Below, one piece after another: positions 8,407 through 15,940 of a stretch of 64,000 nucleotides of DNA (positions are counted from its first letter, which is position 1; every line of letters begins with the position of its first letter). The DNA comes from an uncultured Pirellulales bacterium (lineage in GTDB: Bacteria; Planctomycetota; Phycisphaerae; Sedimentisphaerales; Anaerobacaceae). Both the position numbers and the translations under genes were made by a program. The stretch lies in assembly GCA_964499145.1 (NCBI GenBank), contig CAZCIR010000012.1, positions 3,603-67,602 on the forward strand. Reading direction: 5' to 3'. The notes beneath the pieces are model-generated. The model ran no database searches. It saw only the letters and a list, made by a program, of their open reading frames with translations, and was not told the origin of the DNA.

Positions 8407-8958
8407 TTAATCAAACAGAAACATTGCTATCGCTACCGTTGTTGTCCACAGCCCTTCCAGTCCTTTTGCGGTCTGTGTAATATTGGTAGTCTTAACAAAC
8501 AGGCCGCTGGACCTGTAGGCCTGTTCCTTTTCCGACCATGCTTTGTCCGGGTCCAACTCCAGACCAAAAGTTGTCCCCAGCATACCAGCCGCCAGGTCTT
8601 CCGCCATATCTCCGGCCTGCTGACTATTCATACCGTGGCCGTGTACCTCGCTCAGGTATCCCCACTGATCTTCATCTTTGGGCAGGGCAATTCCTATGGA
8701 AGAGGCCACTAATCGTCCGTGCTCATTAGTATCGGCTCTCGCCAGTACACAATAGGATATTTGGCCAGGAATCAGTTTTTTCAATCCATTTTCCAGGCTG
8801 ACCATTTTGCACCCTGGCGGAAGAATTGATGATACCTGAACTAAATTCTGCTGTGCTACACCAGCTCCTCTTAACGCCGCCTCGAAGGATTTCAGCTGGT
8901 ATTTATGATGTCCAACTCCTTTTGTCAGAAACATTTGCGTGGGGACAGAATTGTTCAT
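8407..8958 (-). CDS. pdaD: Pyruvoyl-dependent arginine decarboxylase
   Basis: The N-terminus VPTQMFLTKGVGHHK and the self-cleavage region NLVQVSSILPPG are typical of PdaD. AGGAG lies upstream, and the 183-aa size fits. Confidence 0.9.
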   Translation of the reverse strand: MNNSVPTQMFLTKGVGHHKYQLKSFEAALRGAGVAQQNLVQVSSILPPGCKMVSLENGLKKLIPGQISYCVLARADTNEHGRLVASSIGIALPKDEDQWGYLSEVHGHGMNSQQAGDMAEDLAAGMLGTTFGLELDPDKAWSEKEQAYRSSGLFVKTTNITQTAKGLEGLWTTTVAIAMFLFD

Positions 8959-9145
8959 CTGACACTCCTTCTATTTTAATTTTACCTTATAAAACTGGTT
9001 GATTAGCAAATTTATCAGATTTTGTTTACATCACAAACTGTAATTCCAAAAAACAGCATCAAAAGACCGGCTATAACGTTCGCCACCGGCTTTGTTTTAG
9101 ACCAAATAACGATAATAGTTTCTGCGTAAAAGTCAAATTTTTTTC

Positions 9146-9174
9146 TTGACCATTTGGTCGGTTTTGTTTAAATA
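9146..9174 (+). promoter_or_regulatory. Sigma-70-like promoter candidate for the DksA/TraR-family gene
   Basis: TTGACC (9146..9151), a 17-nt spacer, then TAAATA (9169..9174). Found by hexamer match only. Confidence 0.3.
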
Positions 9175-9275
9175 GCCAAAACTTATGGCAACCAAAACAG
9201 AAAAATAACGACTTTTTCTATGAAAGTTACTCCTTAAAGCACCGATATAACTTACCTGTGGACGGTGAAACCGCT

Positions 9276-9755
9276 ATGAAGAAAAAGCGAAAAAGCAAAA
9301 CTAAACTGACACCAGCTAAAATAGAAAAGTTCAAAGCTTTGCTGCTGGCAAAGCGAAACGAAATACTCGGCAACGTAACCCATATGGAGAATGAGTTGCT
9401 ACGAAAGGAAAGGAGCGACCTTTCAAATATGCCCATTCATATGGCCGATGCAGGAAGCGACACTTTCGAACTGGAAAACACCCTGGGGCTTATGGATAGC
9501 GAACGAAAACTCCTCCAAGAAATCGACGACGCACTGGAGCGTATTGAAAATAATACATACGGGATTTGTGATGGTGACGCAGAGCCCATTCCAAAGGCCC
9601 GATTACAAGCTATTCCATGGGCTCGATACTGCGTAAACTGCGCGAGTCTGTCGGAAAAGGGGCTTCTTGCCAAAGAAGAATCGGACGACGACGTAAACAG
9701 TGAGGAGCAAAATGACAATTCTGACAATGCCTCCGACGAACAAAATAACAACTGA
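9276..9755 (+). CDS. DksA/TraR-family C4 zinc-finger protein with an acidic D/E/N-rich tail
   Basis: Track ORF 9258..9755 (GTG start); the first ATG is at 9276. It has a coiled-coil region and the zinc finger CDGDAEPIPKARLQAIPWARYCVNCAS. Confidence 0.85.
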   Translation: MKKKRKSKTKLTPAKIEKFKALLLAKRNEILGNVTHMENELLRKERSDLSNMPIHMADAGSDTFELENTLGLMDSERKLLQEIDDALERIENNTYGICDGDAEPIPKARLQAIPWARYCVNCASLSEKGLLAKEESDDDVNSEEQNDNSDNASDEQNNN

Positions 9756-9838
9756 GAAAACAAGAAAAAGAATCGTTTTTCCGTGGCCGCTTCTCGTGCT
9801 ACGCAGCGAAGCTACTTCGCAGACGAGCATCTGAATCG

Positions 9839-9891
9839 CTCTTTCAACGTCTTTGCATTATTAACGGCGTGTATGCGTGAATGTTGTTGAA
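9839..9891 (-). pseudogene. Remnant of the last ~18 codons of a DUF72 gene (paralogue of 11000..11719), frameshifted and missing its stop
   Basis: The minus strand reads FNN..AY, then after a 1-nt shift AVNNAKTLKE. That is identical to the C-terminus AVNNAKTLKE of the intact DUF72 protein. The nucleotide anchor TTTGCATTATTAAC is shared with 11016..11029. Confidence 0.75.
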
Positions 9892-9892
9892 G

Positions 9893-9948
9893 AAATCCAA
9901 TCCGTCCGCCGATACGCTCTCAAAAAAGGCCTCAACGTTCTTTCATAG
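9893..9948 (+). pseudogene. Remnant of the last ~18 codons of a PflX-like radical SAM gene (paralogue of 6023..6910)
   Basis: By hand alignment about 44 of 56 nt are identical to 6855..6910. It encodes EIQSVRRYALKKGLNVLS*, against EIESVRRYAIKKGLRVIS* in the intact gene. Confidence 0.75.
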
Positions 9949-10053
9949 AAATTTTACTTTGAATAAATGTTATAATATTTTCATATATTACAATACTTAG
10001 AACAAACACATTGTCAAAGAATGTTAACGAGCTTGCTGCAGAGAGGAATTCTG

Positions 10054-10998
10054 ATGGCAATTAAGTTCAATTGTCCGAAATGCGGTAAAAGATTTGTTGT
10101 TAAAGATGAATCGGGAGGTAAAAGGGGTAAATGTTCCTGCGGGGCCGTCATTACAATTCCATCAACGAAAGTTTCCACCTCAGAACTTTCAGGAAACGAG
10201 GCCGTCAAGAAAAACGGTGCCGCTATCTGTGCAACGTGCTTAAAAACTATAAAAACGGGTGAAAACAGAGAAATCATTAACGGACAAGCATACTGCATGA
10301 ATTGTGCAAGCAGAGATACTTCTGCAGGCGATAATGTCCAACCCAGAGGCACTCCTTTGACCGAGGAGTGGGTACGGAAAAGCTTCTACGCCCGACTAAT
10401 CGGCTTTTCAATCGGCATATTAATTGTGACTATTTTCTTATTTTTCAAATATGGAAGTGCTGCTGCCATTGTCAGTTTCATAGTTGGTGTAATATTTACG
10501 ATTACATCGTGCAGATATCTTCTAATCTATGACCACAAATTGGTAAAGAACAAGGTGACATATGAGGAGCAAAAAGCCAAGCTTCGTATTCCAAAAAAGC
10601 CTCAAACAGTAGCAGCAAGTATAGCATTCTTATTGACAGCTTTTCTCAGTCTCTTTTTTGTTTGGGACAAGTCTTACAACCAAGCAAAGTGCTGGGAGTC
10701 GTTTGGGAATTTTATGGTTGAGAACATAGGTGTCAAAATCATACTTTTAATTATAAATATTCCTGTCTTTATTCTCATTGGCAAATGGATGGGTGGTTGG
10801 GAATTTCTCTGGCGATTGTTTAAATTCGACCTAAAATGTCGTTGGCTGCCATTTTTTATCTTCACCAAAAAACATTGGGAGTTCTACGAGGAGGGCGTCG
10901 ATTATGAGAAACTACTCCAGGCTTTCGCCATACCTTTTGTGTGTTTAGCAGTATACTTGGTGGAATACATGATCATTAAATTATTTTTTCTTAGCTGA
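10054..10998 (+). CDS. Membrane protein with two N-terminal zinc-ribbon motifs, function unknown
   Basis: Track ORF 10021..10998. ATG 10054 has AGAGAGG upstream. Motifs are MAIKFNCPKCGKRFVV...GKCSCG and CATC...YCMNCAS, followed by about 5 hydrophobic helices. Confidence 0.7.
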   Translation: MAIKFNCPKCGKRFVVKDESGGKRGKCSCGAVITIPSTKVSTSELSGNEAVKKNGAAICATCLKTIKTGENREIINGQAYCMNCASRDTSAGDNVQPRGTPLTEEWVRKSFYARLIGFSIGILIVTIFLFFKYGSAAAIVSFIVGVIFTITSCRYLLIYDHKLVKNKVTYEEQKAKLRIPKKPQTVAASIAFLLTAFLSLFFVWDKSYNQAKCWESFGNFMVENIGVKIILLIINIPVFILIGKWMGGWEFLWRLFKFDLKCRWLPFFIFTKKHWEFYEEGVDYEKLLQAFAIPFVCLAVYLVEYMIIKLFFLS

Positions 10999-10999
10999 T

Positions 11000-11719
11000 C
11001 TACTCTTTTAGTGTTTTTGCATTATTAACAGCGTAGGCGTTATAATCGTTGTTGAAATAGGCGAAGAAGGCCTTTTTGCCGTTTATATTATCCTTAGCCC
11101 ATTTTGCCCAACCCCGCAGAGAAGGTTTAGAGTAGCTGCCCTGATACCTGCCGGTTGTGCCGTGAAAGCAAAGATAAATCACATCAGAAGTAATTATGCG
11201 AGGGAGTTCCATCAAATCATGGATGCAAAAAGCTGCATTAAACTCCTTTAGCAATTCGTAGGAATCTTCTGAAAACCAGCTTTCGTGCCTGAATTCAAAA
11301 ACAGCGATAGGTTTTTTCGGCAGAACCTTCAAAAAAGCTTTCAGACGGTCAAGGTCTTTATGAAAATTCGGCGGCAATTGATATAAAATAGGGCCGAGAT
11401 TTTTCCCTAAAAGTAACGCCCCCTCAAGAAACCTCTCAAGCGGCTCACCGGCGTCTTTCAGCCGTTTAATATGAGTGATATACCGATTGGCCTTTACTGT
11501 ATAAAGGAAATTTTTCGGAGCTTGTTTGTGCCAGTTCGTGAAAGTTTCCGGCTTTGGCTGGCGGTAGAAGGTATTGTTGATTTCAACGGTGTTGAAACAG
11601 CCGGCGTAGTATTCAAGCCATTTGCTCTTCGATAAATCAACGGGATAAAACCGCCCTGCCCAGTCGCTGTAATGCCAACCCGACGTGCCTATCCGAATAT
11701 CACATTTAGCTTTGCTCAT
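11000..11719 (-). CDS. DUF72 (YecE-like) family protein
   Basis: The N-terminus IRIGTSGWHYSDWAGRFYP and the motif NNTFYRQP are typical of DUF72. It converges on the previous gene with a 1-nt gap. Confidence 0.85.
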   Translation of the reverse strand: MSKAKCDIRIGTSGWHYSDWAGRFYPVDLSKSKWLEYYAGCFNTVEINNTFYRQPKPETFTNWHKQAPKNFLYTVKANRYITHIKRLKDAGEPLERFLEGALLLGKNLGPILYQLPPNFHKDLDRLKAFLKVLPKKPIAVFEFRHESWFSEDSYELLKEFNAAFCIHDLMELPRIITSDVIYLCFHGTTGRYQGSYSKPSLRGWAKWAKDNINGKKAFFAYFNNDYNAYAVNNAKTLKE

Positions 11720-11820
11720 AGAAAGTATTTTAATACTTTGAACAATCCTGAAAAGTTTTATAATACCAAATACAGTTTAAAAAATGTCGAAAAAACTGCA
11801 CATATAGACTGAAAAGACCT

Positions 11821-11846
11821 GGATTCCTGCTTACGCAGGAATGACA
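11821..11846. repeat. REP-like palindromic element, copy 2
   Basis: The sequence ggattcctgcttacgcaggaatgaca differs from copy 1 (5429..5454) only in the loop. It lies in the intergenic region just upstream of the DUF2905 gene. Confidence 0.7.
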
Positions 11847-11876
11847 GGTTCCGGTATATAAGTGAACTGGAAAATA

Positions 11877-12107
11877 ATGGAATTCGGTCCGCAACAAATC
11901 GGTAAATGGTTAATTTTAATGGGGATTACCATCGCACTGGTCGGGGGTATGGTGATGATATTAGGCCGAACAGGCCTGTTTAAGCTACCCGGCGATTTAG
12001 AATTCGGCGGCAAAAACTGGCGGATATATCTACCCATAGCGAGCTGTATAATAATTTCAATTGTCCTGACGCTTATCCTGTGGCTTATCAATTATTTTCG
12101 CAGGTGA
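11877..12107 (+). CDS. DUF2905-family small membrane protein
   Basis: Track ORF 11862..12107; ATG is at 11877. The sequence IGKWLILMGITIALVGGMVMILGRTGLFKLPGDLEFGGKNWRIYLPIASCIIISIVLTLILWLINYF matches the characteristic DUF2905 pattern. Confidence 0.7.
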   Translation: MEFGPQQIGKWLILMGITIALVGGMVMILGRTGLFKLPGDLEFGGKNWRIYLPIASCIIISIVLTLILWLINYFRR

Positions 12108-12109
12108 TA

Positions 12110-15100
12110 TTACTCAGCCTTCTTATAAAATTCGGCTTCTTCGTCGGAAAGTTTTCCCTCCTGAATCATTTTGCGAATGCGCTGCAAATCGACGTCCCTG
12201 GGCCGGCCGATGCCGGATGTCGAAACAACAGGCCGACTAATGTCGGCGGGTGTAACATGCAGAAACCTCTCCACTGAGACCATCGATACGAAAATTCCCA
12301 CTAAAACAACCACCACCACAAGATAACGAGATAAATAAGAAACGTGAGACGGAAAACGCTGGTCTTCGGCCTGATAGCGACACCTGTCACAATATATACA
12401 ATCCAGATGGTCTTTCGGGGTGAGGCCGAACTCGCATCTGCTGAATCTTTTTGCGGGTAAAAATCGCTTCAGCACTACACAATTGTTGAGCAGTGACAAA
12501 AAAGCCCCCACCGGACACAAATATCGGCACCAAAAGCGAGTATAGAAAATCGAGCCAATTAAAGCTATCGCTATTATCGAGCCAATACTAACCGAATACA
12601 TCGTGGAACTACCTGAAAAGGCCGCTATAAGTGGGTCTGCCGCCAGCGTAGTCCGGTTTCTGGAAACGAAAAACACTATTATAAAAACAAAAAGAACCAC
12701 ATATTTGACAAATCCTGCCTTCTGCATCGATACATTCGGTATGGCGGACTTGAACCTGCGAGGAACAACATAACCGAGCAACTCCTGCGCAGCGCCAAAG
12801 GGACAAATGTAGCCGCAATAAATGTTGCCGAAGATTATAACCAGAAGCGGCACGGCTGCAATTAACAGGAATGTCCCCGACAATTTTACAGCGGGGCTGT
12901 GCAAAGATAATACGGTCATCATCTGTTCGCTTGAATACTGAGCGTTCAGAACAATACCGCCGACCACAAGATTAAAACAAAGAACCACCAGCCTGCTCCA
13001 GAATCCGCCGCGGAAAATTACAATAAAACTAAGCACGAAAGCACTTATCAGATATATGGCGGGTATATCGGGCCGATACACTTGCTGCGAAGGAAGCGGA
13101 GATGGCAGAGCCTGGTTAAGAATTTCACCGGCGAACCTGTAACCTGATTTTTCCAGTGCTGAAAGAACAGCACCGGAGCTGAAAGTAGCGCCGGTTACTG
13201 CGTTAACACCGGCGAAAGGCTCGGCCTGGAAAAGGAGACGGCCGGTGAGAAGTTCACGCCACCGGCCAAGAAGCTCAAGATATGCAGGAGTCTCGCTGGA
13301 TGATATTATATGGAAATTAATTAACTTGCCAGCAGCATCGACATAGATGGCCAGATTTATCTTTCCTCCAAAACCGCTGACCTCCGGCGCCAGGTCCTGC
13401 GAGCTAAAGATGTAGCCATTCAGTTTATCGCTGGAATCATAAACCCGAAAATAACTGATTTTTCGAGCATTTTTCTCAATAACCGCTGATGCCTCTTCAA
13501 TGCGTGCCCGGCCAGCCAGTGCCTGAGCAGCATACTTCGGCAACGACGGCCTCAACTCCACGCCGGCTTTAACAAGCAAGTTGGAGCAGAGAATAACCAT
13601 CAGGCCGATGCCAAAAAGGATGTAGCCGAGCTTGCGCCGACTAAAAGTAGTTGCAGCAAAGTGAACTTTTTCCAGCTTGTATAGTCTCAGTGCGGCAGGC
13701 GGTATATTGGCCAGAATAAACAAAGCAAATATAAATAGTGTTACCTTCGTTCCAAGAACAGGAACAAGTACAAGGCCTGTCAGTAAGCCACCTGCTGAGG
13801 CGCCAATGTGGTCAGCGGTTTCCAACTTGCTGCCGGCCTGTCCCGCTTCAAAAGCAGAGTCAGCAAGCTGGCCGGCGGCGAGCGGAAAATAACCGCCGGT
13901 ACATAGGCCGCAAAGAACAAATGCGGCTGCGAAACTGCGATGTGTCCATTGTTCACCCGGCCAAAAGATAATTGCGTCCAGGATTAGTGTATGTATAACT
14001 ATCACAGCTAACAGGTAACTCGTAACTCGTGACCCTTGACCGGAGCGACGGGCCATAAGCAACGAAATAAAAACCGCCCCGACGGTTAAGCCCACCATAA
14101 ACAAAGAAGAAATAACCCCAATGTAAAGATACAGCGAACCAAAATAAGTTTGATACAAATACATCAATACAATCACCACCCCGATGCCCACCCAGCCGGC
14201 TGAGAAAACCAAAAACGAACTATCAAAGCTGGAGGCATTGCCTTGCTGAGCTGATTTCAAAATATAAACAGCACGCAAAACTATGAAAACCAGAATAGGA
14301 ACAACAAACGTCAATGGGCCGGTCAAGACCAGGTATTTCATAAATTTTGTGCCCTGCGCTCCACCGTAAGGCGCCCCGTGGACTGATTGCTTTGCCGCAA
14401 GCAACAAACTATATAAGTGCGTCAGGGGCCTGGAATCACGATTAATAAGCAATCTATCGGGTAAATCCGCACCCGAATACATCTGTAGAGCGACAGCGGC
14501 ACGGTCCGGCAAATAAACAGAAAGCAAAGCATCCGGAGGAAAAATATCCACACTACCGTTTATGGAAGCAAATCGCTGCCGTAAAATCCCCGGGTCACCG
14601 CTGAGCTTGCCGGAGTCAGAAACAATAAACCATGTATCTTCCCCGGGCGTCAGGACAAGCTGTAAGAAAACCTTCTCAAGTGTCAGTTTCGTCGAGGCCC
14701 CGAGGTTGATCAGCTCGGTTCCCATAATGTTTTCCCCACCTGTTATACGAACTGCCAGCACACCGCCGGGCCGCAACGCCTCCTTAACCTGTTGATAAAA
14801 TTCAAGCGTGTAATACCGGTTCAAAACCGAACTGGTCGCATCGGGCAGATTAAGGATTACCAAATCATAATATTTACTCTGCTTAGCAAGCAGTGAGCGA
14901 ACATCACCTGCGAGGCGGGAAAAACGCTCATCGCTTACCTTAAACTCCGGCGGTATAAATCTGTCAATCTCCATAACATATTCGCTGTCAGAGTGTGCCC
15001 AGGTTACACGCTCAATTTGCGGCAGGTGCAGGAATTCATAGCAGAGGCCTAATCCCGAGCCAATGACCAAAACCCTCTTAGTATCAGGATTTTGACAAAG

Positions 15101-15940
15101 GCCGATGGTAGCTATCCTGCCGGTGCTGCCTTTATCAGGCAGCACCTCGCAAACACTACCCTGGCGAACAGCTACCCACTGGCCGTGATAGATTCCATAG
15201 AGATATTCCGCCTGGGCCGTTCGGAAAGAACCCTTGAAAGCTTCTTTAGGAAGCAGCTTTTGCCATTTTATAATTTGCAACTGTTCTGACAGCTTCTTGT
15301 CAACACCGGCAATCAGACAAACGCAAATACATACCGGCACAAAAGCCCATACCCAGCTCTTCAACCTGGCAAGCCGCACACAAAAGAAAGAAAAAGAAAC
15401 AATAAAAGCAAGTATGAAGAAAATCCTTGCCGAACTTACACCGACTCCCAAAAGAACCGTTGTTCCCAGTCCTCCAAGAAAACTTCCAGCCGCTTCGATA
15501 ATGTACACACGCGAAACGGCGAATTCCTGTCCATTGCGAACCCATCGACAGGCAATTGGAAATAACATCCCCGTGATGAGACTGACCGGAGCATTAACCA
15601 CTATTGACAAAAGCAGGATAACCTTTATGGACAGTAATGCGTAAGATTCAACCCCTGCAAGCTCACGCGCCTGAATAATCAAAATAATCTCCGCAATAAA
15701 AGCCGGCAGGTAACACAAAAACAGAAATTCTATATTTTTAAGCAGCTTTTCAGCAAAGGCTTTAGCTCTGTATACGAGCAGCGCCCCCAAACCAACCCAT
15801 AAAAACCACGAACCGAAGAAGACGCCGACACTTATGTCACTACCCTCAAAGGTGGTTAAAAAATCGCGAAAAAGCAAAGCTTGGGCGGCGATTGTGAACA
15901 GTCCGTAACTAAATATCAGCAGGCTGCGGGCAAATCTCAT
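12110..15940 (-). CDS. 1276-aa polytopic chimera: membrane domain + spermidine-synthase-like (class I MTase fold) domain + second membrane block + FMN_bind domain + NapH/NosR-type 4Fe-4S polyferredoxin membrane domain
   Basis: The SpeE-like motifs are RVLVIGSGLGL and YDLVILNLPDATSSVLNRYYTLEFYQQVKEALRPGGVLAV (about 14520..15100). The FMN_bind motif is GVNAVTGATFSSGAVLSALEK (about 13150..13520). Two CxxxCP motifs, CGYICPFGAAQELL and CRYLCPVGAFLSLL, plus CIYCDRCRY sit between helices (about 12300..12980). Its ATG overlaps the stop of the upstream gene (ATGA). Confidence 0.85.
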   Translation of the reverse strand: MRFARSLLIFSYGLFTIAAQALLFRDFLTTFEGSDISVGVFFGSWFLWVGLGALLVYRAKAFAEKLLKNIEFLFLCYLPAFIAEIILIIQARELAGVESYALLSIKVILLLSIVVNAPVSLITGMLFPIACRWVRNGQEFAVSRVYIIEAAGSFLGGLGTTVLLGVGVSSARIFFILAFIVSFSFFCVRLARLKSWVWAFVPVCICVCLIAGVDKKLSEQLQIIKWQKLLPKEAFKGSFRTAQAEYLYGIYHGQWVAVRQGSVCEVLPDKGSTGRIATIGLCQNPDTKRVLVIGSGLGLCYEFLHLPQIERVTWAHSDSEYVMEIDRFIPPEFKVSDERFSRLAGDVRSLLAKQSKYYDLVILNLPDATSSVLNRYYTLEFYQQVKEALRPGGVLAVRITGGENIMGTELINLGASTKLTLEKVFLQLVLTPGEDTWFIVSDSGKLSGDPGILRQRFASINGSVDIFPPDALLSVYLPDRAAVALQMYSGADLPDRLLINRDSRPLTHLYSLLLAAKQSVHGAPYGGAQGTKFMKYLVLTGPLTFVVPILVFIVLRAVYILKSAQQGNASSFDSSFLVFSAGWVGIGVVIVLMYLYQTYFGSLYLYIGVISSLFMVGLTVGAVFISLLMARRSGQGSRVTSYLLAVIVIHTLILDAIIFWPGEQWTHRSFAAAFVLCGLCTGGYFPLAAGQLADSAFEAGQAGSKLETADHIGASAGGLLTGLVLVPVLGTKVTLFIFALFILANIPPAALRLYKLEKVHFAATTFSRRKLGYILFGIGLMVILCSNLLVKAGVELRPSLPKYAAQALAGRARIEEASAVIEKNARKISYFRVYDSSDKLNGYIFSSQDLAPEVSGFGGKINLAIYVDAAGKLINFHIISSSETPAYLELLGRWRELLTGRLLFQAEPFAGVNAVTGATFSSGAVLSALEKSGYRFAGEILNQALPSPLPSQQVYRPDIPAIYLISAFVLSFIVIFRGGFWSRLVVLCFNLVVGGIVLNAQYSSEQMMTVLSLHSPAVKLSGTFLLIAAVPLLVIIFGNIYCGYICPFGAAQELLGYVVPRRFKSAIPNVSMQKAGFVKYVVLFVFIIVFFVSRNRTTLAADPLIAAFSGSSTMYSVSIGSIIAIALIGSIFYTRFWCRYLCPVGAFLSLLNNCVVLKRFLPAKRFSRCEFGLTPKDHLDCIYCDRCRYQAEDQRFPSHVSYLSRYLVVVVVLVGIFVSMVSVERFLHVTPADISRPVVSTSGIGRPRDVDLQRIRKMIQEGKLSDEEAEFYKKAE

